This document shows positions 1 through 11,714 of a DNA stretch of 64,000 nucleotides, in pieces. The notes under the pieces were generated by a model, which was not told where the DNA came from, searched no databases, and saw only the letters and a program-made list of their open reading frames with translations. The number at the start of each line of letters is the position of its first letter. Position 1 is the stretch's first letter. This stretch comes from an uncultured Planctomycetaceae bacterium (GTDB lineage: Bacteria > Planctomycetota > Planctomycetia > Planctomycetales > Planctomycetaceae): positions 64,001 to 128,000 of the forward strand of contig CAWFGE010000021.1 in NCBI GenBank assembly GCA_963815195.1, given 5' to 3'. The position numbers and the translations under genes are program-made.

Positions 1-1395
1 ATCTGGTTTTTGTCATCACGGAATTGGGCGATTGCCAGCGCGGGCGTGAGGTTGAACTGCCAGGCGAAGGGCCCCTCGCTATGCCGCTTGCTGCGATAAC
101 CCGCGCCGAACATCATTCGGAAATGCCGGGTCGCCTCTTTCTTGTAACCAAAGTCCACCGATCCCACAAATTGTCCAGAGCCGCTTTGAATCCTGATTTG
201 CCGGTGATGATGCCAGGACACGATGCGGGCCTCGTCTCCGCGAATGATCGCGGTGTACCGGAACGGCGGATGGTCGGGAATCGTCAGCTCCACATCGACG
301 AAGACGCCTTTCCGCGGGGATGCCACCGCGAGAACGCGGATCTGCGAGGACTTGACCTTGTCCATGCGTCCCACGACGACGAGATCCTCTTCGCCGGCCT
401 GGCTCCAGTCGATCAGCCACTCGGCCAATTTGATAAACGCGTTGTCATTCTCCGTCAATTCTTCGCCCAAGTAAGGGCCTTTGGGTTGTTCCACGACGCG
501 GATCGCCAGGTCCGAAGGAGCGCCCGGCGCAATGGCGGGGAGCACGGCGACTTCCGCTTCCAGAAAGCAATGTGTGTCCTTGAGTTTCTGCTCCCACGTC
601 AGCTTCTGCCGCAGGTCCATCGGCATGCCGGGTTTGATGTTCAGGAAATCCGTAATCTGCTCGGAGGTGTGATGCTCGAGGCCCTCGACCGTGATTTTGC
701 CGATCGTGGCTTTGGGACCGAGGTCTTTAATGTGCACCAGCAAATCGGCCCGGCGGTTGTCGGTCGGTTTGAGCTCCGCATCGAACTCGGGGAAGAAATA
801 CCCCTGGGCTTCCAAGCCGGCTTTGATCGACTTCTCGTAAACCTCGGCCGGCTTCCCAAAAAAGCTCGCGATTTTGTCTTTCGTAAAATGCGCGGCCCGG
901 GACGTGTATTTGAAGGTGCCCAGTTTGATTTGATTCTCCGAATCTTTCGTCAGCGGGGACTGTTTGCTGCGGGAATCGGTGACATACCACTTCAGCAGCT
1001 TTTTGTCGATTTCGGCAGGGCCGTCGATGTGCACTTCGCCTTTTCGGTATTGCTCGCCTTCTTCGATGACGATGCGGATTTTCTGTCCGTGGACGCGGGC
1101 GGTCACCTTCGCGTTCGGGTAGCCACAGTTGCGGTAGCCTTCGGTCAATCGGCGCAGTGAGCGTTTCGAGATAGGATTTCAGATCCGCATGGCCATCGGC
1201 GGCCAGGAGCAAATCAAAATCCTTGAGGAGCGCCCTCTGGATTTGATTTTCGGGGAACGCTTTCACTCCCTCGAACTCGAGCGCCTGGACCTGGCCCAGC
1301 TTGCCAACCAGCTTCCCATCCCCGGAACCGTCTTCGGCCACAGCCGAAGTCACGAGCAGCAATAACCCCAGGCAAAACGTGGCGGTGCGAATCAT
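1..1395 (-). CDS. Secreted POTRA-domain-containing protein (runs off the window edge; apparent frameshift near 1145)
   Basis: Signal peptide MIRTATFCLGLLLLVTSAVA, then LEFEGVKAFPENQI. A second frame continues GYRNCGYPNAKVTARV...IVIEEG and GYFFPEF...IGKITVEGLEHHTSEQI, which are POTRA-like patterns. Confidence 0.6.
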
Positions 1396-1543
1396 CCTTG
1401 AATCTCCCCCTCATGAACTGTTCCAACAGGCCTGACAGCAAAACCGGCGGATTGTGGAACAAACGCTCTGCCCGGTCAACCCCATTTGCCCGAACCCCAC
1501 ACGCTTCCCATTCACCACGTGAGCTGAAGTCGCTCTCAAAACT

Positions 1544-2419
1544 CTAATCCCGATCTGCGAGATAGGCTTCGAGAATCGCGCTGTTGTCGGCGTCGCCGAA
1601 TCCCAATTGCTCGGCAAGTTCCAACAACTCGCGATGCACCCGGCTGAGCGGTGTGTTGATGCCGGACTGCTCCGCCAACGCCAGGATCAACCGCACATCC
1701 TTGAGGTGCTGGGACAAGCGGGCTTCCGGCTGCCAATCGCGGCAGACCATCTTCGCGCCCTTGGTTTCCATCACCGCCGACATCGCCGGGGTTTCTTTGA
1801 GAATCTCAAGCGCCGTCGCCGGCGGGAATCCCAGCGATTCCGCAAAACATAGGCCCTCCGCCAGCACCGCCCGGTGCAGTCCCAGCAGCAAATTGTGCAC
1901 CAGCTTGAACCGCGAAGCCGAGCCCGCCGGCCCTAAGAAAACCCAGGCGCGGCTCAAAACGTCCAACAGCGGTTGGACGGACGCGATCGATTCCTCATCA
2001 CCCCCGACAAACAGCGTGGCCGTGCCCGCGCGGAGTTGCCGGCTCGAACCCGCGACGGTGGCTTCCACATAATTGACGCCGAGGCCGCGAAGCCGCTCGG
2101 CCGCCGCGGCCATTTCGTCCGGATCGCCCGTGGTCGTATCGATCACGATCGGATTGTCTTGGAATACGGACTGACATTCCTCGAGCACCTGGGCCGCGAT
2201 GCCGCTGTCGGGCAGGCTCAGGAGAATCGTTTGGCATTCGCGAAAAACATCGGATGCCGATGTCGCGACTCTTCCGTGGAGCTTTGAGAGTTGCTCGCGG
2301 CGGGAGGCGTCCCCATCGAATCCCAAGACCGCGTGGCCATGCTCCAACAGCCGTTCCGCGATGGCGGTCCCCAGAAGCCCGACGCCGATCAAACCCACGG
2401 GTGTCCGGTTTTCGCTCAT
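1544..2419 (-). CDS. NAD(P)-dependent oxidoreductase, 3-hydroxyisobutyrate dehydrogenase family
   Basis: Rossmann motif GLIGVGLLG, IDTTTG, FKLVHN and HLKD motifs; 291 aa. Confidence 0.9.
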   Translation of the reverse strand: MSENRTPVGLIGVGLLGTAIAERLLEHGHAVLGFDGDASRREQLSKLHGRVATSASDVFRECQTILLSLPDSGIAAQVLEECQSVFQDNPIVIDTTTGDPDEMAAAAERLRGLGVNYVEATVAGSSRQLRAGTATLFVGGDEESIASVQPLLDVLSRAWVFLGPAGSASRFKLVHNLLLGLHRAVLAEGLCFAESLGFPPATALEILKETPAMSAVMETKGAKMVCRDWQPEARLSQHLKDVRLILALAEQSGINTPLSRVHRELLELAEQLGFGDADNSAILEAYLADRD

Positions 2420-2453
2420 TGATTCCTCAATCCGGGTTTCGAACGATGTTCGA

Positions 2454-3107
2454 TCAGGAAACCAAATCCAACGTGGACCACACGCTGGGGTCGTGCGAGA
2501 ACGGGAACTCCTCGCCCACGGTCAAAAACTGCTGCCCCAGCTCGGCATCCTGCAGATGGTAATAAAACCCCAATTGCGGGTTGGCTTCGGGCTCGTAGCC
2601 CGTCAACACCTTGGCGGGCAGCCAGGCTTCCAGGCGGTAGCCGTCGCCCGTGATTTCGGATTGGATCAGAAAATCCTCGCGGTCCGCCAACTTGCGAACG
2701 TCCCGCGCGCGGGCGATTTCGAGTTCGATCGCCGCGGGGTCCGCGGATGTTTCATCGGTCCTCGGCAGGAAGCAAAAATGATGGCAATACCGGCTGGCCC
2801 GGTGGATGGTCTGCGTGTTGCGGGTGTCCACCCAAAGCTGCAGTCCATCGCTGGTGGCCGGCCGGTCGTCCCGGCTGCTCACGGGCATCTTCTTGCCGCG
2901 GACTTCCACCGACACGCCGAACCCGTTTTCGTTCCAGGCCAGCCGCACGTCGCCAAACGCGCGGGCCTCGTCGGAAAACGTCAACCGGGGCAGCCGGCAA
3001 CTCTCGGGCAGTTTCAACAACGCTCCGCGTTTTCGCGGCAAGCCGGGCTGATAAGCCACCGGAATTGCAAACCGGAAAAAAAACGCGGGCGGCAAAACTT
3101 TCGTCAT
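2454..3107 (-). CDS. DOMON/CBM9-like sugar-binding domain hypothetical protein
   Basis: ATG at 3107 (MTKVLPPAFFFRF); VRLAWNENGF, DGLQLWVDTR and GYRLEAWLP resemble the CBM9/DOMON pattern. Confidence 0.65.
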   Translation of the reverse strand: MTKVLPPAFFFRFAIPVAYQPGLPRKRGALLKLPESCRLPRLTFSDEARAFGDVRLAWNENGFGVSVEVRGKKMPVSSRDDRPATSDGLQLWVDTRNTQTIHRASRYCHHFCFLPRTDETSADPAAIELEIARARDVRKLADREDFLIQSEITGDGYRLEAWLPAKVLTGYEPEANPQLGFYYHLQDAELGQQFLTVGEEFPFSHDPSVWSTLDLVS

Positions 3108-3283
3108 CAAATCGCAATTCCTGTTCGAGGGATCAACGGGCCGGTTGGTTTCTGGTATTGTATGCAGGACAGCCGCGAAGGGAACACGGAAGAGACACAC
3201 TTCCGCCAGTCGATTTCCGGACTCCGCTTTTTTATTCTGAAACTGTCTTTCACCAAAACCGTTTTTCCAGGAGATCGCCAACC

Positions 3284-4156
3284 ATGTCGAACCGTGCCGC
3301 GACCGAGTACCGTTATGAAAAGCTGACCTGGCCGGAGATCAACGATGCCGTGGAGTTGGGCAAGGTGTGCATCGTGCCCTGCGGCGCGGTGGAACAGCAT
3401 GGGCCGCATCTGCCCTTGGATGTCGATTTGGTTTGTCCGCTCGGCGTCGCCCACGGAGCCGGCCGCGCGGCCCCGGAAGACATTTTGGTTTTGCCGATCA
3501 TCAGCTACGGCTACACCGGGCACGTGATGGATTTCCCCGGCACCATCAACTGCCATTACGAGCACTTCATGCACATGGTGCTCGACGTGGCGAAGTCGCT
3601 CGCATACCACGGGTTCAAAAAGATCATTCTGCTCAATGGGCACGGCTCGAACATGCCGAACCTCGACCTCGTCGCCCGGCGGGCGAACCTGGAAACCGAC
3701 GCCGAGTGCGTCCGCACCGGCTGGTGGCAGTTTCTGATGGTCGACCCCGAATTTATGCCGAGCTGGCGGGAAAGCAAGTTCCCGGGCGGCATCGCCCACG
3801 CCTGCGAGTTGGAGACGTCAATGTATCTTTACCTCGACGGCGAGAATGTCCGCAAGGACAAAATCAAAAACGGCGTGATCAGCTTCAACGAAGACAACAG
3901 CCCGTTCAACTATGTCGATCTGTTCGCCCACGGACCGGGGACGGTTGTGTCCTGGACGAGCAGCTACAGCGACACGGGGGTGTTGGGCGAAGCCGAGCTC
4001 GCGACGGCCGAGAAAGGCGAGCGGGCCTGCGACGAAGCGGTGAAGCAGCTGGTCAATTACGTCAAGTATTTCAAGAACCGCCCCAAAGACCAGCGGAAAG
4101 ACCGCCACGCCAAGCCGCCCACGATGCCGATCCCCTGGGGGCAGCGGGATCTGTGA
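3284..4156 (+). CDS. Creatininase/creatinine amidohydrolase family protein
   Basis: EQHGPHLPLDVD, FPGT, NGHGSN and HACELETS motifs; ATG at 3284 preceded by AGGAG. Confidence 0.92.
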   Translation: MSNRAATEYRYEKLTWPEINDAVELGKVCIVPCGAVEQHGPHLPLDVDLVCPLGVAHGAGRAAPEDILVLPIISYGYTGHVMDFPGTINCHYEHFMHMVLDVAKSLAYHGFKKIILLNGHGSNMPNLDLVARRANLETDAECVRTGWWQFLMVDPEFMPSWRESKFPGGIAHACELETSMYLYLDGENVRKDKIKNGVISFNEDNSPFNYVDLFAHGPGTVVSWTSSYSDTGVLGEAELATAEKGERACDEAVKQLVNYVKYFKNRPKDQRKDRHAKPPTMPIPWGQRDL

Positions 4157-4176
4157 GTCTTTCTTGCATTCCGCAT

Positions 4177-4258
4177 GAGGATGGAGGTTGGAGGATAGAG
4201 GTTAGAAACTCTTCATCCACGTTCCTCTCATCTCCATTCTCTAACCTCCATCCTCTGA
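4177..4258. repeat. Inverted heptamer tandem array (GAGGATG/GAGGTTG-type, with complementary CATCCTC/TAACCTC copies)
   Basis: GAGGATG GAGGTTG GAGGATA GAGGTTA at 4177-4204, with complementary units at ~4231-4255. Confidence 0.8.
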
Positions 4259-4310
4259 CCCTGAGCTTTTGACGAGACTGCGAAGACCGACTCGGCCCAG
4301 TGGGGAAACA

Positions 4311-5950
4311 ATGACAGCGCTCGATTGGTTGATCGTGCTTTTGGTCAACGGTTCGATTATTGCCTATGGGCTATACCTTGTGCGCGGGACGCACACCAGC
4401 AGCGAATGGTTTCTCGCGGGCCGGTCGCTCCCCTGGTGGGCCGTGGGGTTGTCGATGTTCGCGACGAATGTCGATAACGCGGACCTCGTCGGCGTCACCA
4501 GCAGCACCTTTAAGGAGGGGATTCATATCATCTCGGTCTATACGATCGGGAGCGCGGTCGGCGGGATCCTGGCGGCGTTTTTCGTCGTGCCGGAAATCAG
4601 CCGCCGGGGGTTTTATACGAACGCCGAGTATCTCGAAGCCCGCTACGGACCGGCCGCCCGGGTTTTAAGCGCGCTCATTCAAATCCAATACCGCACCAGC
4701 ATGCTGGGCATGATGATCTGGTCCACGTATCTCGTGCTCACGCAACTGGTCGATTTGCCGCCGAGTCTCGCCTGGACGCTGATTGTCGCCTTGGTCATTC
4801 TCGCCGGGCTCTACACCGCCTGGGGCGGGCTCAAGTCGGTCGTGTGGACCGACTGGCGCAAGGCGTGGTGATGATCATCGCGGCGCTGGTGGTCTTCGGC
4901 ACGGTCTGGAACGTCGTCGGCGGTTGGTCGGGCCTCGAAGAAAAACTCATCGCCCAGGACGCCCGCACCGGGAAGCACCTGGCCGACCGCATGCACGTCG
5001 GCGGATTTCGCGGCGATCATGACTCCGTCTCGCCCTACTTCATCGTGCTGGGCTGGACCATCGTCGGCAGCGGGTATTGGACGGTGAACCATACGCAAAC
5101 CATGCGGCTGATGGGCGCGCGGTCCATCGCGGACATGAAGTACGCCGCGATCTTCGGCGTGCTGTTGAGCCTGCCGGTGATGATTATCTCCGCTTGCCTG
5201 GGCGTGTTCGCCCACGGCATCGAGAACCGGCCCGACATGCTGCCCGACGACATTTACCCCTGGATGGCCAATCGGTTTTTAGAGCCCGGCATGAAAGGCA
5301 TCGTCGTCGCGGGCATGGTCGCCGCAGTCGTGAGCACGTTCGATTCGATGGGATCCGCCCTTTCGGCGATCTTCACCCGCGACGTTTATGCCCGGCTGAT
5401 TGCTCCCAACCGCTCGGACCGGCATTACGTCATCGTCGGCCGTTTGGCGACGGCCGGCGTCTTGTTGATCGGCTTCGCGTATTTGCCGTTCATCTGGAAG
5501 CAGGAGCACATGATCAAAGCGTTTACCACGCTGATCCCGGTGTTCGTGACGCCGCTTTTTATTGTTTATATGTTGGGTGTCTTCACGCGGGTGCACCGAA
5601 AAAGCGGGATCATCGGCCTCGCTTGCGGCGCGATCTATGGCCTTGTCGCGCTTTACGATCGACAATTCAGCGATGTGTCGTGGCTGCCGACGTGGTTTAC
5701 CGAGCGCTGGGTTGCCTATTCCTGGTCGATCCTGTTTACGCTCGTTCCGATGCTGTTGGTCACGGCGGTCCTGGGGGCGGAAGACGTCGCCGCGGATGAG
5801 GCGTGGACCGAAACCGGCTGGCTCGAACGCAGCCGGGAAGAATTGCCGCCCTTTGCCCCGGAAGGCAAATCCTCCTCCGCAAAAGCCAACCTGCTGGCGG
5901 TGGCCCTCTTGCTGTTCTGCGCCTGGGTCACGCTGGTGTGGTTCTGGTAA
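4311..5950 (+). CDS. Sodium:solute symporter (SSS/SLC5) family; apparent frameshift near 4855
   Basis: FLAGRSLPWWAVGLSMFATN, EYLEARYG, GGLKSVVWTD, then in the next frame AQGVVM...AAVVSTFDS and FTRDVY. Confidence 0.9.
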
Positions 5951-6062
5951 ACGGCGAGGGGAGAGGAATTCCCCCGATTCCAAGCGTGCGAGTTCAAACG
6001 GCACTCCGCTTTCCTCTGATGACTGAAAATTCTCCCATTTCGCGGCGTATAGGGGGAATGCT

Positions 6063-6285
6063 ATTCTGTCCCCACGATCACAGCCGAATTCTCTGAACTC
6101 CAAAACCAATTCCGCCGTTTTTCCAAATCATGGGGCACAGAATCATTGGAATTAGGATCCCACGAGACATAATTGTCTCATTTTATTAGCCGCAGGGCGC
6201 TAGCCCCGGTTCGAGAGGAGAACCGGCCCCGCGTGAACGCGCAGGTCGGCGGCGATGGCAAACATGATGTTGTGCCCCGTGATTT
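6063..6285. repeat. Mosaic of REP-like palindromic elements upstream of smpB
   Basis: AAATCATGGGGCACAGAATCAT (6125-6146) is an imperfect inverted repeat of 6264-6285 and 6063-6078. The pair encloses TTAGCCGCAGGGCGCTAGCCCCGGTTC (6186-6212), whose reverse complement recurs at 58677-58703. Confidence 0.75.
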
Positions 6286-6327
6286 AGTTGTTCAAATTCA
6301 TCCGTTTGGATCTGCAAAGTTCGATTC

Positions 6328-6819
6328 ATGAGCAAACAAAAGAAGAAAAAAAAGACGCAGGAAGATCCCAATTCGCGGGTCGTCTGCCGGAACCGCAAAG
6401 CCAGCCACGATTACGACCTGCTCGATGAGCTGGAATGCGGCGTGGTCTTGAAGGGTAGCGAAGTCAAGAGCGTGCGGAACAACAAAATCTCCATCGACGA
6501 GGCCTATGCCCGGCTGCGCGACGGGGAGCTTTGGCTTATCGGCAGCGACATCGCCGAGTATCCGCAAGCCAACGTGATGAACCACGAACCCAAACGGCCC
6601 CGGAAACTCCTGCTCCACAAACGCGAGCTGCGAAAGTTCGCCGAGTCCGCCGACCAGCAGGGCTACACGCTGATCCCGACGGCGGTGTATTTCAAGCGGG
6701 GCATCGTCAAAGTCACAGTGGCGGTCGCGCGAGGGAAGAAGGTGTACGACAAGCGCGAGAAGCTCAAACAGCAATCCGACCGCCGGGAAATCCGCAGCGC
6801 CCTGATGAAGCGCACATGA
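6328..6819 (+). CDS. smpB: SsrA-binding protein SmpB
   Basis: NRKASHDY, GVVLKGSEVKS, RKLLLHKRE, ARGKKVYDKRE; 163 aa. Confidence 0.97.
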   Translation: MSKQKKKKKTQEDPNSRVVCRNRKASHDYDLLDELECGVVLKGSEVKSVRNNKISIDEAYARLRDGELWLIGSDIAEYPQANVMNHEPKRPRKLLLHKRELRKFAESADQQGYTLIPTAVYFKRGIVKVTVAVARGKKVYDKREKLKQQSDRREIRSALMKRT

Positions 6820-6867
6820 AGCTTCATTCCCCGCCCGGGTGAGTTTTACAAAAGAAGATAGAAACTT

Positions 6868-6910
6868 GGGTGGCACGTCCCTGAGGAACGAAGGGCGTGG
6901 TCTTTGCGAT
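6868..6910. repeat. REP-like element, family B (related copy at 63224-63294)
   Basis: GGGTGGCACGTCCCTGAG...CGAAGGGCGTGGTCTTTGCGAT matches both arms of the palindrome at 63224-63294. Confidence 0.8.
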
Positions 6911-7263
6911 CGCCGTTTGGATGCAACGACCGGATCACCGATCGACTCTTTGACTCGTTCTTCATCTGGAGAAGTTTTGCGGGCGAGCGTACAATTCCGG
7001 TGCGCGGTCCGAGCAGAATCCATACCCAAAACCGGGCGATTCGCGTTCGATTTGGAGAACCGCAAAAATCCCACGCCGTCCCCTTTGCAAAGCTGCCTTC
7101 GCTTGTTCTACTGAGGGCACAAAACACGGCGGTTTCGATCTCGGTTTTTCTGGAAAATGGCCAACGACGGCGATGGGGTCGCCCATCGCATTTTGGCGAC
7201 TCGGAGTCGCAGTTTTCCAAACCGTGACAACATAAAATCAACCGAACTGATAGCGATACCAAT

Positions 7264-10200
7264 ATGCCCTCAGCCAAAAAGACGCAGAGGTCCCGTTCCG
7301 CAAAAACCAATCCCCCGAATCCCTTGACGATTCTGGGCTATCTCAATTTCTCCGCCGGCGAGCCGAATGCGGATTTTCGCCGCGAACTCAACCGCGCGGC
7401 GTGCGAGTTCGGAGCCGATTGGACCCCCGCCGCGGTCCGCCGCTGGCTTGAAACCGAACTGTCCAACGCGAAAGAAACCGCGGCGGGTTTTGCCGACGCC
7501 GCCCAAGCCGTCCAGGTCATAGGGCTGGTGTTTGAGGATTGCGTCCCCGCGTATCGCGCCCATCACGCGGATTTGCTGTTCCATCTCGAAGAGTGCGATT
7601 TTTACCAGGCTTTCTTTCTGGCCACGGTGTTTGAGGCGGTGCTTCAGCAGGGCGGGCCCTGGGACGAAACGCCCCGCATCGTCGCCGGGGCGCTCGATCA
7701 TCTTAACGATTTCTCGGGGTATCGACCGCTGGCGGTTTTGGAGAACGGCCGGCAGATGGAGCCTTACCCGCACGAACGCTTCCGCCCGGTGCCGCTTTAC
7801 TTTCACAATGCAGGCGTCGCCTGCGGGCGGTATCAAGAATTGATCGAGCGCACGATCCGGTTCTTCGAGGAAACGCCCTTGGACATTCAGCACCAGGCCT
7901 ATTTCGACTGGACCCGCATGGAAGAGCTCGCCGTCGATGTCCGCGCGCACGATCATCTGCATCCCGTCAACAAGCGCACGAACTACATGTTCGGCGAATG
8001 GGATCCGGGCCTCGTGAATACCAAAGGCTACTTCACGCGGTTCATCGTCCGGCAGATTATTTTGGATGCCCTGTTGAACTGGATGGCGGAGACCCGCCGC
8101 TCGAACAAGAATCTGCCCGAAGAGGAGATCCTGTTCGACGCCTCGGCGGTGCTCTCGGGCACGATGTTGATGGCGTCGTCCATCAGCGGTTCGGGGCCGG
8201 GGATTCATGATTCCTCCATCACGTTGACGTCGCTGTTGCCGCGGGTGGCGCATCAGCGGGATGCGTTTTATGCCCGCCTCCTGGAAGAAGCCAAAGGAGC
8301 CCGGGCCCAGCGGCTGCTTAAAGAAGCCCGGCAAACGCAGCAGCCGTTCGGCCACGTCCGGCAGCGGCTGAATATCGAACTGGCGAAATACGGCGCGAAG
8401 CAGATGCAAACCCGGCATCTCGCGCAGATGTTCGCCCGCATGGGCTACCCGGAAGCCAGCCGCCGGCAAGCGAACGTGATTCCCTCCGCCGCCGCGCGAT
8501 TCGAGTGTGAAATTCAGTGGCGGATCACCGACGCCCACCGCGAAATCGAGCACGGCCAACTGGACACCGCCGTGGTCCGCATTCGCGAAATTGAAGATCA
8601 CTTGCATCGCGGCATCGAATGCGGGGCGTTGATCGATCCGTGGAACATTTTGGGCTTTCAGGGGCAGTTCCCGCTGTTTACGTCGCGGGAAGATGCGCTG
8701 CACGACATCCGGGCCGTGGAACTGATCGAGACGATGGAACGCATTTTCGCGGTGTATTCCCAGACGCTCAGCGAAGCCGCGGCCCAGGGCAATTCCCGCG
8801 TGCAACAGGAATTGTCCGAGCGGTTTGAATCGCTCGCCGCGTGGTGGGACAAGTTCGCCACGACCACCGTCACCGACCTGCCCGAGGTCTCGGGAGACGA
8901 CAGCGTGCAATCGGCCCGGCACGTGGCGGAGACGCTCAGTGCCTGGCAAGAGGCCGGTGCCGCGGCGGGAGACATTTCGTTCTGGAAAAAGCACATCGAC
9001 CGCTTCCAATCCGCCAAGGCCTATGCGGCTCGTTGTCGATGCGTTGCTCGAGCGGGGCGACCAGGTGGCTTCGATGGCGCTGTTGATGCAGTGGCTCAAT
9101 CAGGCGGAGTTCGTGGGGCTCGACTCCGGGCCGTATTCCATCTTTTCGCGGCAGACCGCGTGGATGCGTCTGGCCGTCGCCGAGACGCCCGGCGGCTCCC
9201 GTCAGTCGGGCGAAGAACTCGAGCGGCTCGTGTCGCGGATGTTCGCCTATCTGGAAGCCAACGCCGGCGAGTTCTGGCACGTGCCTTCTTTGGCCAGTGC
9301 CGCGGGGCTGTCCCGGGGGCCCAAGGAAGAAGCCGCGTCCTCCGGGCTTGAGGAAGAGTTGTTCGACGAGGACTTGGATGAAGAGGAAGACGACCTGTTC
9401 GCCGCGGCGTATGACGACATGATCTTCCGCGACAGCGCCGACGACGGGCGGATGAGCGACACGGTGGACGAGGGCGGCCGGGCGGACGACACGTCGTTCG
9501 AAATCATCGCCCGCTACCTGGAACCCAGGCTCCACTTTCTGGAGACCGTCGCGGAGCTTTGGCAAATGGCCGCCGCGGGCCTCGCGCCGCATTTGGTCCC
9601 GCCATCCTGTTCCCGCACCCTGGCGCATTCCCGCCCGTCGGTGGAATTCGAAGGCCAACTCCAAACCTGGTTGGGCCAGGCCCGGCGCTGGCAGCAGGGA
9701 CTCCGGCAACTCAGAAAGGCGATTTGGCAGCGGCCGATTTCCCTGCCCTCGGGCGATCACGATTCCAATGTGGAATACGACGAGCAACTGCAAACCAAAT
9801 ACTATCTGCTGCACGGCATCATCTCCACGGACATCAATTGCGAAACGGCCGAGCGAACGCTCCAAAGCTGCCTGCCGCAGGACGCCGTTTCGGGATACAT
9901 CGAAACGTTGCCGGATGCCCAAACCCGCTTTGCGATCGTCGAGATTTACCGCGGGATCCTCACCCACAACGCGGCATTGGTCAAACGCGGTCTGCCGGAG
10001 TTGTTGGACAGCCTGATCAAGCAACCGCTGCTCTATGTGCCGCTCAACAACGACGGCGAACCGGAGCAAGTGCGGGCGGCCCAGTCGCTGCAATCGTTGA
10101 TCCGGTTTCTCTTGATGCAGCTGCCCCGGCTGGGTCTCTTGCAGGAAACCTGGACTTTGCTCAAAACCGCTTACCGGATGGAGCGCAAATCCCGGCCCGG

Positions 10201-11470
10201 CGGGCAGGCCGTCACCGAGTTCGACCAGCTCTTCCGCACGGCCCTCCGAAATTCCCTCGACTGCGTGATCCGCTCATCCAAGCGCTGGCGCGTCAGCCGC
10301 GGGAAGCGTTCCCCTTTTCCGCGCGGCTGCTCGAGCGTGTTCCGCAACAGGCGGTCTTCGCGGGGCGTGCCCGTCAATCGGCGGCGGAGAAAACCTCAAA
10401 AACGCCGGCCTGCGGCGGCCAGCGGTCTCCGCGCGATCAACGTGTCCTCCCGGCGGAAGGCCGAACGCAATTTGCTCCTCATCAAAATGGTCAGCGAAGT
10501 CGTCAAGCGGTATTCGGGACTGTGGATCAAACACAGTCGGACGACCCGGCTCTCCACCGTGGAAAACCTCGCCGACACCGCCCTTTGGCGAGAGGTCAAA
10601 GACTTTATCGAGGAGTACGGGGCGGAATTGTTTCATGCGCGGATGCTGACGCTGGGCAACTTGCGGGCGATTTTGCACAACGGCATCGGCCGGTTCCTGG
10701 AATACCTCGCCGAGCACGACGACCCCTTGCATCCGATGCCTTTGCTCGACGACATGGAAAGCGGCGTGATCGATCCCGATCAGGTCGTGGAGTATCTGGA
10801 GCTGATTTACGGGTCCGTCGTGGACCGCATGGACCGGTTCGTGGAATACAACACGACCACGACGCAGTCGGATTACGGCGAACGGTTTTATTGCTTTTTG
10901 GATTTTCTCCGCGCGGAAGCCGCGTACGAGCGCGACGCCTGGAACCTGATGCCCTTCAACATCGCGCACGAGGAACTCGCCCTGCGGGGCCAGCACGCCG
11001 CGGCTCTTCTGTGGGAGTCGGTCTTCCGCGCCAAAAACAGCCGGCGCACGGCGGACCACATCAAGCGCCTCAATCGGCTCGAAAAAGAGCACGGCATGCA
11101 TTTGCCGGCCCTCACCGACCGGATCGAGGAGCGGTTCGTCAAGCCGTTCGCCGTCAATCGCATGGTGGCGCTCGTTCCGCAAGCCGTCGCCGATGCCCGG
11201 CTCAACTTCCAGACTTCGCGGAGTTTCGAGGCCTTGGAACGCGAGATCAAAGACTATTTGCAAACGACGTCGGGATCGGGCATCGATGTCGCCCCCTGGC
11301 TGCGAACGCTGGAGAAAGAGGTCGAGGATACATCGACTCGCGAAGAATCCAATCCCACCGCCCCGACGAACGTTTCGTCTCCGATCACGGTCGCCCTCAG
11401 CCTGCGGACCATGCAGCGTCAGCTCCACATCTGGGGCCGGGATCCGGACAAAAAACGCGCCCGCAAATAG
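7264..11470 (+). CDS. Very large (~1400 aa) hypothetical protein; apparent frameshift near 9029
   Basis: ORFs 7264..9351 and 8825..11470 join at SAKAYA/LVVDALL. Coding-like composition throughout, with an acidic linker EEELFDEDLDEEEDD. Confidence 0.8.
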
Positions 11471-11500
11471 GCGCCGCCTCGTTTTTCAAAGGATGGAATG

Positions 11501-11662
11501 AAAAATCCGAAATCCGAATCTCAAAATCCGAAACAATTTCAAAATCCGAATGTCCCAAACAAATCCGACCATTGATAAAGCGCGCCGGACACCGGAGGGT
11601 TTGGAAATGGGGATTTCGGTCGTTCATTGGGATTTGTTTCGGATGTCGTGCTTCGGATTTGC
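11501..11662. repeat. Inverted short-tandem (AATCCGA-type) repeat array, potential hairpin
   Basis: Repeated AAATCCGA units at 11502-11568, with complementary TTCGGAT/GGATTT units at ~11610-11660. Confidence 0.75.
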
Positions 11663-11714
11663 ATCATAACACTCGCTCGTTGAGATAGGATTTGTTGCAC
11701 AGAGGAGACGTCTT

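Noticed and set aside
6820..7263. tmRNA (ssrA) next to smpB
   Set aside because: No tRNA-Ala-like termini or tag reading frame were recognised.
9559..11688. Long alternative-frame and antisense ORFs (e.g. 9559..11688, 7270..9099, 17937..19796, 33865..35061)
   Set aside because: They overlap well-supported genes and have the Arg/Pro/Gly-rich or antisense composition typical of shadow ORFs in high-GC DNA.
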